Source: a virus | DNA length: 64,000 nt | Virus record (IMG/VR): IMGVR_UViG_3300021425_000014 | Span: 31,013-95,012 of that record | Reading direction: 5' to 3' (one strand) | Shown here: positions 1 through 8,822 of the stretch, piece after piece | Layout: the number at the start of each line of letters is the position of its first letter | Position numbering within the stretch: the first letter of the stretch is position 1 | Translations under genes and position numbers: made by a program | The notes under the pieces: model-generated | What the model was told of the DNA's origin: nothing | The model's database searches: none | What the model saw: the letters and a program-made list of their open reading frames with translations, nothing else

Positions 1-149
1 TCCCAGAAGAATATATACACCAAAAATTAAATCAATACGCCACATTCAAACTTCTCGACGCACTAGATGAATTGGTAGAAGATGGACTAGTAGTTAAAAG
101 CCAAAACGAAGATGGCGAAGATGTTTGGAGAATTGCAGGTACGGTCTAA
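1..149 (+). CDS. 3' end of hypothetical protein (possible winged-helix C-terminus), truncated by window edge
   Basis: Open frame 3..149 reading ...LLDALDELVEDGLVVKSQNEDGEDVWRIAGTV*, followed by a hairpin at about 186-209. Confidence 0.5.
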   Translation, partial: PEEYIHQKLNQYATFKLLDALDELVEDGLVVKSQNEDGEDVWRIAGTV

Positions 150-230
150 AATTATACTCACAAGGAGAGCAGCATCCCTTTATAAAACCCCTCTTAATCG
201 GGGGGTTTTACTGTCCACAGGTTAAATAAA

Positions 231-2303
231 ATGGTATTCCTAACGAAAGATTTTCTTAAGAAGTACGAAGGCATTAGCCCATTCAGGAATGCAATGTCAG
301 AGTTCGTATACCTACGAACCTATTCGCGCTGGTTAGAAAAGCGCAGAGAGACTTGGCTTGAAACCTGCGAGCGAGTTGTAAACTACTCATTCAGGCTATA
401 TAGCGGCCCCAAGGGCCATCAAGAACTAGCGCAAGAAGCAGAAAAGATGTTTGACGATGTTTTCAATCTTCGTTACCTTCCCGCTGGTCGAACTCTATGG
501 GTTGGCGGAACAGAAATTATTGATCACGTAAGTGAGGCAAACTTCAACTGTTCATTTACTGCTATTGAAAAAATCGAGGACATTAAAGACCTATTCTTCC
601 TTTTGATGGTAGGAACAGGCGTAGGATTCTCTGTTCAAAAGCAGCATATTGAGAAACTTCCTAAGTTTAATAATAAGATTTCATTAGAAATTCAAGAGTA
701 TCAATCTAGACAGCCACATCTGCGAAACGAAGATACTTGGTCTTCTTGCAGCGCAGACGGTATTGGTGTTCTTACTATTGGCGATTCTCGCGAAGCATGG
801 GCGAACGGATTAGAAGTTTTCCTAAACTTAATGAGGAATGATAAGCTCAACAAGATCATTCTTAATCTAGACAATGTTCGCCCGAAAGGTGAGAGGTTAA
901 AGCGTTTCGGAGGCAAAGCATCTGGCCCAGAGCCATACGCTCAAATGATTAAAAAGATGCATGAAATAATCGCGGCAACTGATGGTACGCTTAAACCTGT
1001 AGATGTATTAGATATCTGTAATATCGCAGCAGAGAATGTAGTTGCCGGGGGTGTTAGACGCTCCGCCGAGTTAGCTATGGTTGACGCAGATGAAGAAGAA
1101 GCCATTTACGCCAAGAAGGGCTATTGGCTGACTGGCAAGTATCATCGTGCAATGTCAAACAACTCCATTGCTTTCTGGGAAAAGCCAACGAAAGAATATC
1201 TTGGCACGCTTATTGAATCAATCAAAGAGTCATATGAGCCTGGATTTATTAACGCCGAAGCCGCAAACCGGCGCAGGCCGTGGTTTTCCGGTTTCAATCC
1301 ATGCGTTGAAATCATTTTGGCTAACAAGGGATTTTGTAATCTTTCAACCGTATTCGTTCCTGCATTTATTAATGATAAAAATGAATTGCAGCTATACGAG
1401 TTAGAAAAAGCGGTACGAAACTCCGCTCGTCACTGCTTAAGAATCACTAATGTAGATATTTCATTAAAAGAATGGGATAAAAACCAAAAGCGAGATAGAT
1501 TGCTTGGCGTAAATCTAACTGGCGTAGAAGATGCATTCGACAAGTGCGGTATCTCAGATGATAAAAGAGGTTATATCTTTAACCTATTAAAGAGTGCTGC
1601 AAATGATGAAGCTGCTAAATATGCAAAAGAGATGAGAGTTCCTACCCCACTTTTGGTGACTACCATTCAGCCCGGCGGAACACTTAGCCAACTCAATGCT
1701 TCCGGGCCTTGTTCGCCAGGTTTTCACAAGTCCTTTGCTCCATTTATCAAGCGCACTGTCCGCATTTCTAGTCAAGATGCTCTAGCTAAGACGGTTCTCA
1801 AGCAAGGTTACAAAGTATATCCAGATCCCATGTCAGGCATCTCTTCTGCGGAATTCGACGCCATGACGCCAGAGAATCAGAAGAAGTGCTTGTCAACCGT
1901 ACCAACTTGGGTCGTAGTCTTTGGCATTGATACAGGTGCCAAAATGAAGGCATCGGACGAATCTGCCATTTCACAGCTAGAAAGATATAAGCAATATTTA
2001 CAAGACTACTCCGATCACAATGTATCATCCACAATTCAAGTTGCTGATGATGAATGGGATCAAGTAATTGACTGGATCTATGATAATTGGGATAGCTACA
2101 TTGGTGTGTCCTTCCAGAATAAATCTAATGATAAATATGATCTTCCGCCATACGAGGCAGTCACGGAAGAAGAGTATCATGAGATTATGAAGAACTGCCC
2201 GCCGATCGACCATGATCTGCTTAATAAGATTGAGAATGGTCATTCAAGCGCGGACGATGATCTTGGCAATGATTGCGCGGGAGGGGCTTGTCCAATCCGC
2301 TAG
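231..2303 (+). CDS. nrdJ: Adenosylcobalamin-dependent (class II, monomeric RTPR-type) ribonucleotide reductase
   Basis: RTYSR N-terminus, NCSF, GGVRRSA, NPCVEI active-site loop, C-terminal CAGGACPIR redox pair. Confidence 0.93.
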   Translation: MVFLTKDFLKKYEGISPFRNAMSEFVYLRTYSRWLEKRRETWLETCERVVNYSFRLYSGPKGHQELAQEAEKMFDDVFNLRYLPAGRTLWVGGTEIIDHVSEANFNCSFTAIEKIEDIKDLFFLLMVGTGVGFSVQKQHIEKLPKFNNKISLEIQEYQSRQPHLRNEDTWSSCSADGIGVLTIGDSREAWANGLEVFLNLMRNDKLNKIILNLDNVRPKGERLKRFGGKASGPEPYAQMIKKMHEIIAATDGTLKPVDVLDICNIAAENVVAGGVRRSAELAMVDADEEEAIYAKKGYWLTGKYHRAMSNNSIAFWEKPTKEYLGTLIESIKESYEPGFINAEAANRRRPWFSGFNPCVEIILANKGFCNLSTVFVPAFINDKNELQLYELEKAVRNSARHCLRITNVDISLKEWDKNQKRDRLLGVNLTGVEDAFDKCGISDDKRGYIFNLLKSAANDEAAKYAKEMRVPTPLLVTTIQPGGTLSQLNASGPCSPGFHKSFAPFIKRTVRISSQDALAKTVLKQGYKVYPDPMSGISSAEFDAMTPENQKKCLSTVPTWVVVFGIDTGAKMKASDESAISQLERYKQYLQDYSDHNVSSTIQVADDEWDQVIDWIYDNWDSYIGVSFQNKSNDKYDLPPYEAVTEEEYHEIMKNCPPIDHDLLNKIENGHSSADDDLGNDCAGGACPIR

Positions 2304-2312
2304 GAAACAAAG

Positions 2313-2340
2313 AAACCCCTTGCTTCGGCAGGGGGTTTTT
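2313..2340 (+). terminator. Intrinsic terminator after nrdJ
   Basis: AACCCCTTGC-TTCG-GCAGGGGGTTTTT. Confidence 0.8.
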
Positions 2341-2367
2341 GCTATAATGGTATTCAAGGAGGGCCAT

Positions 2368-2838
2368 ATGAGCCAAAATATTATGGTATATCAAACTATT
2401 CCTGTTATTACTTTTCAAAAGACAGAAAGCTGTCCAGATGTAGTTCAGTTGCCCGATTATAAGACAGATCTCGCGGCGGCATTTGATCTACAGGCCGCTG
2501 AAACTGTCACGATCCCTGCTCGCTCTAAGGCGATTATTGGAACTGGCTTGCGGGCCTTGATTCCTGAGAACTTCTACGTTAGAATTGAATCACGTTCTGG
2601 CCTTAGTGCTAAATTTAGTATTGAAAAAGGCGCAGGTATAATTGACGCTGATTACTGTGACGAATGGCGTGTAATCCTTTATAATCACTCAAACGAGGCA
2701 ATCCATATTGTTGCAGGCGATCGCGTTGCGCAGGCCATTGTAGCACCCTGTATTCAGGCTTATTTAGAATGGGGCGAAGTACCAAACAAGCACCCTCAAT
2801 CGAACCGCAAGGGCGGATTTGGCTCAACTGGAGTTTGA
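2368..2838 (+). CDS. dut: dUTPase (trimeric)
   Basis: AAAFDL, SRSGLS, GIIDADY, RVAQ, RKGGFGSTG motifs; start placed at ATG 2368 after AGGAGG. Confidence 0.95.
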   Translation: MSQNIMVYQTIPVITFQKTESCPDVVQLPDYKTDLAAAFDLQAAETVTIPARSKAIIGTGLRALIPENFYVRIESRSGLSAKFSIEKGAGIIDADYCDEWRVILYNHSNEAIHIVAGDRVAQAIVAPCIQAYLEWGEVPNKHPQSNRKGGFGSTGV

Positions 2839-2839
2839 A

Positions 2840-3388
2840 ATGAAAATTGCTTTAATGGGAGCAAACAACACGGGTAAGACTACCCTAGCTATTGAGCTAC
2901 ATAAGATCGTTGGAAACACTCATGGCCTAATCGCATATAGTAGGCCAACCGCTGCCGCAAGGCGACTGGGGTATCAAAGCGCAAGAGATGTTCCAGAAGA
3001 TGTAGAAAAACAATTCGAGTTTCAATATGAATGTTTATTGGAACAAATTCGGGCACAAAAACAAATGGGAAAAAACTACATAGCAGATAGATCAACGCTT
3101 GATCCGCTCGCATTTTTAAACGCTAAGTTACCATTTTTAAATCTAACAATACAGCATCAAATGTATGAGAAGTTGGCTTTCGAATTCTGCGAATATGACT
3201 TTCTGTTCTTTGTGCCAGCATTTGGTGGCAAGATGGAAGATAATGGCGTCAGATTATTAACACCACAGGAGCCAGTAGAATTAGAAATAAAAAAACTACT
3301 TGCAAAGAGTAAGAAGCCGGCGTATACTCTCAAAACAACTTCGCTAACTAATCGCGTTCAGGAAGTTTGCCAGATTTTGAGGATCTAA
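2840..3388 (+). CDS. P-loop nucleotide kinase/ATPase (AAA_28/NadR-like)
   Basis: GANNTGKTT Walker A, DRSTLD, DNGVR. Confidence 0.75.
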   Translation: MKIALMGANNTGKTTLAIELHKIVGNTHGLIAYSRPTAAARRLGYQSARDVPEDVEKQFEFQYECLLEQIRAQKQMGKNYIADRSTLDPLAFLNAKLPFLNLTIQHQMYEKLAFEFCEYDFLFFVPAFGGKMEDNGVRLLTPQEPVELEIKKLLAKSKKPAYTLKTTSLTNRVQEVCQILRI

Positions 3389-4611
3389 TGAATTACGACA
3401 AAGACACAAAGGATTATCTTCTTCGCGCACTTATTACAAAAATGTGCGAGGAAAAAGAGTACATCGATCTTCGTTATGATAAAGACTTCTTCGAGGATCA
3501 CTGGTTAATATTTAAAAAGATCAATGATCGCAAGAATGATATGCCTTCATTGACCTACATTAAAGAAACGTACAAATTTAAACCGCACTCAACGGATTAC
3601 ACCATTACCGATCTAGTAGAGAAACTTAATCAGTTCTATTACTACGAAAAAACAAACATCGTGCTTAGAGACGTTATCACCGCTCGTAAAAATGGAACCG
3701 ATACGAATGATGCTATTACTGCCCTAGACAATCTGAACAAAGAGTTCTCTAAGATTCGTAGTGCAATCACTAACACTCAAGTTGTTGACATTGCAAATGA
3801 ACCAGAAAAGGTTGCCGAAGAATACCGTAAGGTAAAAGAAAACCTAACACTTATTCCAACTGGACTTGGAAGGCTTGACGACATCTGCTGCCCAAGGCTT
3901 GGTAACTTCCTGTTACTATGCGCTGCAACTGGTGGCGGCAAGTCGCTTATTATGACTCATATGCAAAAAGCGGCGAACGAAAACAACATTCCCTCTTTGT
4001 ACATCTCTCTAGAAATGACTCTAGTGGAGCAAACAAACCGCTTATTGGCACTCAAGGGCATCAAATCGTTTACAGATCTGCACAATAACAATGTAGACCC
4101 CAAAGAGTATCAAGACCTGGTTAAACAGCTAAATAGCTCAAATACTCATATTCTTACAAGGACAACGGAAACAAAGATCAATCTTCAAACTATTGAGAAA
4201 TATGTGCAAGAATTAAAGCCGCGCGTTGTTTTCCTAGATTATATGACACTGCTGCAAGATGCTGACTTCTCTTGGAATTCGGAAGTATCAATCAGTGCAG
4301 AATTAAAGCGTATCGCGCTACAGAATAATCTACTGATGATCTCAGCAGTTCAAGCAGACTCAGCCTCTATGACGAGTGGCGAGGTTCCAGATCTTCATAA
4401 TGTTCGCGGTAATAAATCGTTCTCTTTTGACACAGATATGTTCGTTGGCCTAGCTTCAGAACGCTACTTAACTGAGCCCGATAAGTTTAAGTTTAAGTTT
4501 GCTGTTCGTAAGAATCGCAATGGCATCCTTACCGAGTTTGCCTATCGCGTTAAGCCCGAAACTGGAATATTCGAAGACATTACCGATGATGTTGCGAATG
4601 GTTTAGCATAA
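3388..4611 (+). CDS. dnaB: Replicative helicase, DnaB-like
   Basis: ATGGGKS Walker A, ISLEM, FLDYM, SAVQ, KNRNG arginine finger. Confidence 0.88.
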   Translation: MNYDKDTKDYLLRALITKMCEEKEYIDLRYDKDFFEDHWLIFKKINDRKNDMPSLTYIKETYKFKPHSTDYTITDLVEKLNQFYYYEKTNIVLRDVITARKNGTDTNDAITALDNLNKEFSKIRSAITNTQVVDIANEPEKVAEEYRKVKENLTLIPTGLGRLDDICCPRLGNFLLLCAATGGGKSLIMTHMQKAANENNIPSLYISLEMTLVEQTNRLLALKGIKSFTDLHNNNVDPKEYQDLVKQLNSSNTHILTRTTETKINLQTIEKYVQELKPRVVFLDYMTLLQDADFSWNSEVSISAELKRIALQNNLLMISAVQADSASMTSGEVPDLHNVRGNKSFSFDTDMFVGLASERYLTEPDKFKFKFAVRKNRNGILTEFAYRVKPETGIFEDITDDVANGLA

Positions 4612-5417
4612 TGTCAAATAATTTTCATATCAAACCAATAATCAAGCAAGTTGGCAACAAAAGCTGGCTCAAGGAAGATGTATGGAGATTTTATCTAAGG
4701 TCTTCGGTTAATGCTGGGAAAAGCCTTAGATTCGTTGATCCCTTTTGCGGAAGCTTAGCGGTTCCATTTTTTATTATCCCAGATCGGGCTTGGGTTAACG
4801 ATGCAAATCATTATATAATTAATTTATACAAACAACTTATTATTAACCCAACTATGCCACCACAAGAAAGAAGCAAGGAGCTATATCTATCAAAGCGAAA
4901 TGAGTTTAATAATCTAATTGAAAATGGCGTAACTGATGGTAGAGAATTAGCGGAATTATTTTACTACTTAAATAGATTTGGATATAATGGGGTGATTAGA
5001 TTCAATAAAAGTGGTAAATTTAATACACCATTTGGCATGTCGAAAATATATAATACAGATTTTGAGACTGAAGCTAGTGTTCTAAAAGATTGGAAGATAA
5101 CAAATCTAGACTTCAGGGAAGTGATTCATAATTGCGATGAATCCGATTTTATATTTGCAGATCCACCATACGATGAGCAATTTAATCACTATGTAAAAGC
5201 TTCATTTCCTTGGGAGAATCAAGTAGACTTAGCACAATTACTAGCAAAGCACCCTGGGCCAGTAGTGACAACAAATAATCCTAGTGATAGAATCGTTGAA
5301 TTATATACTTCACTTGGCTTCTCAAGAATTAACAGGCGTAGGTTTAATCATTTAAAAAATGCTAAACTTCAAACTGGATTGGTATTCAAGGAAGTTATTT
5401 TTACGAGGAACATCTAA
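4611..5417 (+). CDS. dam: Dam-like N6-adenine DNA methyltransferase (D12 family)
   Basis: KQVGNK, DPFCGS, YLNRFGYNG..RFN..G.FN.PFG, DPPY; GATC specificity inferred only. Confidence 0.8.
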   Translation: MSNNFHIKPIIKQVGNKSWLKEDVWRFYLRSSVNAGKSLRFVDPFCGSLAVPFFIIPDRAWVNDANHYIINLYKQLIINPTMPPQERSKELYLSKRNEFNNLIENGVTDGRELAELFYYLNRFGYNGVIRFNKSGKFNTPFGMSKIYNTDFETEASVLKDWKITNLDFREVIHNCDESDFIFADPPYDEQFNHYVKASFPWENQVDLAQLLAKHPGPVVTTNNPSDRIVELYTSLGFSRINRRRFNHLKNAKLQTGLVFKEVIFTRNI

Positions 5418-5749
5418 TGAATATGCCAGCAGAAAAGCGGTGCGAAAAGCTTCTTTCCGTAATTAATGCAAAGGAGTATTATCATTCTGGAATAACTGAT
5501 AGATTTGCGGCAAGCCATCTTGGTTGGGAAATTAGCTCAGTTAGATCAACCGCTAGTCAACTACAAAACAAGGGCTATGTCTACGTGGTAAAAGATGATG
5601 ATGATTATTGGAAACTTTTTTCCGATACAACATTAGATGAAGATGACACTCAGGAAATCCAAGAAGAACTAGATGACGCAATTTACGAGCTAGGACAAGA
5701 TATCGCAAATGCTATTGCAAAATATGTCAAATCAACTAAACGTAACTGA
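5417..5749 (+). CDS. Hypothetical protein, probable winged helix-turn-helix
   Basis: Translationally coupled ORF; ASHLG..ISSVRST.SQLQNKGYV pattern. Confidence 0.55.
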   Translation: MNMPAEKRCEKLLSVINAKEYYHSGITDRFAASHLGWEISSVRSTASQLQNKGYVYVVKDDDDYWKLFSDTTLDEDDTQEIQEELDDAIYELGQDIANAIAKYVKSTKRN

Positions 5750-6608
5750 ATCCAAGCTACAGAAAGCAGGATTCTTGATCTCGTATCGCTCAAAAGGTGA
5801 GCTTAAACTACAAAACTGTCCACTCCATCGCGATAAAACGCCAAGCCTAAGTATTAACACAATTGATAAAACTTATAATTGTTTCTCATGCGGAGACAAA
5901 GGTACTATCAATAAGCTTCTTTCGTATTTTGGGATTGATAGTTATAATGCCCCAAAATTGGATGAACTTGAAGATTTACTTTTGGAACAAGAAGAGCAGC
6001 AAATTGAGGAAAATCAATACACTGCCGACGAAAGAGAACTAATTAAATTCAGATACTTTCATCCGTATCTAGTAAAACGCGGCCTATCAAAAGACTTCAT
6101 TCTTGCAAATAAAATAGGTTTTGATCCAGAAAGAGCAAGAGTGACGATCCCTATTTACTTTGATGATAAATATTATGGCTGTGCAGCAAGAACGGTTATT
6201 GACGAGATCCCGAAAATAACTTATAATAAGGGTATGCCAAAGGACAAGATACTCTATATGCCGGTTGTTCGGCACGATTCAGAGTTTATTGTCGTAGTAG
6301 AAGGCCCGATTGATGCCCTAAAAGCATCTTACTTTGGTCAAGATTCAGTCTGCATTATGGGATGCAATCCTTCGCTGGTTCAGATCAATTTGATCAAGCG
6401 TATTGCCAACGGTCGCAAGGTTGTGTTAGCATTAGATAATGACGATCCAGGAAAGAGAGGTATTGAAAAATGGTTCAAGCTAACTTCGGATATTGAGACA
6501 AGTGTATTTGCTTATCCTCAAGGCGTCAAAGATATTGGCGATATGAATAAGCAGCAATTCGAAAATGGTTTGCAGCAATCAGTTTTGTTTTGGGAGTCTA
6601 TAGCTTGA
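5724..6608 (+). CDS. dnaG: DNA primase (CHC2 zinc finger + TOPRIM)
   Basis: CPLH.DKTPS...CFSC, VEGPIDA, LDNDDPG. Confidence 0.92.
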   Translation: MSNQLNVTESKLQKAGFLISYRSKGELKLQNCPLHRDKTPSLSINTIDKTYNCFSCGDKGTINKLLSYFGIDSYNAPKLDELEDLLLEQEEQQIEENQYTADERELIKFRYFHPYLVKRGLSKDFILANKIGFDPERARVTIPIYFDDKYYGCAARTVIDEIPKITYNKGMPKDKILYMPVVRHDSEFIVVVEGPIDALKASYFGQDSVCIMGCNPSLVQINLIKRIANGRKVVLALDNDDPGKRGIEKWFKLTSDIETSVFAYPQGVKDIGDMNKQQFENGLQQSVLFWESIA

Positions 6609-6760
6609 GCCTGAATGATAGCAAATGGTTTGATACTGAGAGTAACTTCAAGGATGTTGTCAAGAGAAAGCGGGGAAATAAAGCCCGAGAAGCGTATGAC
6701 ACATTAGATGAAGAACTCGAAGCCCTTAAAGAGATTGACACTGACTTTTTTGGAGATTAA
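6605..6760 (+). CDS. Small hypothetical protein (51 aa, TTG start; below ORF-track cutoff)
   Basis: Fills the primase-SSB gap, GGGAG upstream; MSLNDSKWFD...IDTDFFGD. Confidence 0.5.
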   Translation: MSLNDSKWFDTESNFKDVVKRKRGNKAREAYDTLDEELEALKEIDTDFFGD

Positions 6761-6767
6761 TTAACAA

Positions 6768-7532
6768 ATGAACTTGAATGATATTTTTAATGCACCGGCC
6801 ACCAGCAGCGAATCAACCGAAAGCGTGTATGTCAAATATGACTACAAGACGCAATTCATCCGCTTTCGATTCCTAGAAGAGCTAGAAGTCCTTAAGGCAA
6901 ATACCCAAGTATCACACTGGGTAAAGGGCGTTGGTATGGTTCAGTGCAACCTTAAACCCCTATACGACAAGAACAAAGGAACAATCTTTCTTTGGGATGG
7001 CTGGGGAAAGGATAAGACCACTGGTGTTAGGATCAACAAGAGCCCTGAATTCAACTGCGTATTCTGCGCCGAAACGCGCAAAGCGAAGGACGAAGCAGGC
7101 AATGATCTACAGGCACAAATCACGGCAGGTAACCTGCATCGCCGCTCACAATCTTTCGTAGCAAATGTAGTATATGAAATCCTTGAACGCAAAGCTGGCC
7201 AAAAGAAGCCAGAAGTTGTTAAGCAAGCATCTCAAGCGCTGCTTCGTATTCGCATTAATGATCTATTCTCCGATAAAGGTAAGGGTGAATACAAGACTCT
7301 TAATAACTTCAACGACATCAAGGGAACTATCACGGAACATTGGTTTGTTATGAATGGCGAAGGCCGCATCACGCCAGACGATCCTCTTACCACTGCCGAA
7401 AAAGAGGAAGTCTTCGAATGGATTGAGCGCAAGGCACCGATGCCCTATCAGGACGGCAAGGAGCGTTACGCCAAGAAGTCGCAGGCGGTATCCGAAGCTG
7501 AACCGTTCAAAGAAGAAGACATCGCCTTCTAA
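6768..7532 (+). CDS. Putative single-stranded DNA-binding protein (gp32-like)
   Basis: Position in replication module, H/C..CxxC zinc ligands, acidic aromatic-ending tail EEDIAF. Confidence 0.65.
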   Translation: MNLNDIFNAPATSSESTESVYVKYDYKTQFIRFRFLEELEVLKANTQVSHWVKGVGMVQCNLKPLYDKNKGTIFLWDGWGKDKTTGVRINKSPEFNCVFCAETRKAKDEAGNDLQAQITAGNLHRRSQSFVANVVYEILERKAGQKKPEVVKQASQALLRIRINDLFSDKGKGEYKTLNNFNDIKGTITEHWFVMNGEGRITPDDPLTTAEKEEVFEWIERKAPMPYQDGKERYAKKSQAVSEAEPFKEEDIAF

Positions 7533-7699
7533 TCTAAGTAAGCCCTGCCCTCGATCTGAAAAGATCGGGGGTATTGCTTTATGGGTGTAATTGGGTTACA
7601 ATATGGTAACAGAAAGGACATTGAAATGCAGTTATTTCCATTATTCTTTGAACTACCGCGCTTCTCATTAAATTATTCCGACTTCTGGGAGGAACGACT

Positions 7700-8125
7700 G
7701 TGATTCCACAGAGAAGTTACGACATAGAAGATCCTTTGATAGAAGAGGCTAGGCATTATCGTTGGCTTAGCTGCGCTGCTAAATTAGCGCACAAATCAAC
7801 TTATAAGAAGTATAAAATGGCCGCAGTATGCGTCAAGGGCGGAAGAGTTGTTGGAGTTGGCTTCAATAAAGACAAAAACGGCGTAATTAAAAATAAAAAC
7901 TATTTACTCAAAGGGCATCACGCGGAGCTTGATCTGATTCTTTCCATGCCAAGAGAAGTTTTAAAAGGCTCTATAATATATGTAGCTGGAATCACACGCG
8001 GTGGTTCGCTCTGTTGGTCGTCTAAACCCTGCTCAGCCTGCCAGGCCACGCTGCGCTCATATGGCATTAAAGCTGCGATATACCACGATCAGTACGGGAG
8101 GGCATACGAATGGCGAACCAAGTGA
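7700..8125 (+). CDS. Cytidine/deoxycytidylate deaminase-family protein
   Basis: HAE and SKPCSAC zinc motifs. Confidence 0.8.
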   Translation: MIPQRSYDIEDPLIEEARHYRWLSCAAKLAHKSTYKKYKMAAVCVKGGRVVGVGFNKDKNGVIKNKNYLLKGHHAELDLILSMPREVLKGSIIYVAGITRGGSLCWSSKPCSACQATLRSYGIKAAIYHDQYGRAYEWRTK

Positions 8126-8304
8126 TGACAGAAGTAGCAATCGGCGTTACTATGTTATACGCTATATCCTCAACTTTAATTCTTAGTCTAAAAATCAGGG
8201 AACTAAACAGAAGAATATTAAGACTAGAATTTCAATACAGAGGGCGCGCGTTTAGAGAGCTTGTGGGCCTGAGTGAAAAAATGGGCCTATACGAAGACAA
8301 ATAA
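8110..8304 (+). CDS. Small hypothetical membrane-anchored protein
   Basis: N-terminal hydrophobic helix, operon position. Confidence 0.5.
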   Translation: MANQVMTEVAIGVTMLYAISSTLILSLKIRELNRRILRLEFQYRGRAFRELVGLSEKMGLYEDK

Positions 8305-8351
8305 GTGTCATTCGTGCTAAACTTGATTGTCCCACTTTTTGGAGAACGACA

Positions 8352-8822
8352 TTGAATATCTTTGTTCTTGACCGCAACCCTGTTACCGCTGCTAAATATC
8401 ATTGCGACAAACATGCCGTCAAAATGGTTTGCGAGGCAACTCAGATGCTATCGGCAGCGATGCATTTAACTGGTGCTATCGGCCCATACAAGTTAGCATA
8501 TAAGAATCACCCCTGCACTATCTGGGTTCGCGAGACTCGCAGTAATTATCTCTGGATGTGTGAACACTTCGAGGCGTTGTTACAGGAATATACAGAGCGC
8601 TATGGTAAGATCCATTCTTGCGCTAGGCTTTTAGATCTATTCTTAGAGCATGCAGATAATATCCCAGAAGGCCCATTAACTGAGCATCCACAGTGCATGC
8701 CAGATTACTGCAAGTCCGAAGACACTGTCGCGGCTTATCGCAACTACTACATTAACGAGAAGTCATACTTCGCAAAATGGAAGAATGGCAATGTGCCCGA
8801 ATGGTGGACAGCCAATGTGTAA
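8352..8822 (+). CDS. Pyrimidine-dimer DNA glycosylase/endonuclease V-like protein
   Basis: MNIFVLD..P..AA..HCDKH.VKM, NHPCT.W, RYGKIH, AYR.YY..EK..FAKW signature. Confidence 0.8.
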   Translation: MNIFVLDRNPVTAAKYHCDKHAVKMVCEATQMLSAAMHLTGAIGPYKLAYKNHPCTIWVRETRSNYLWMCEHFEALLQEYTERYGKIHSCARLLDLFLEHADNIPEGPLTEHPQCMPDYCKSEDTVAAYRNYYINEKSYFAKWKNGNVPEWWTANV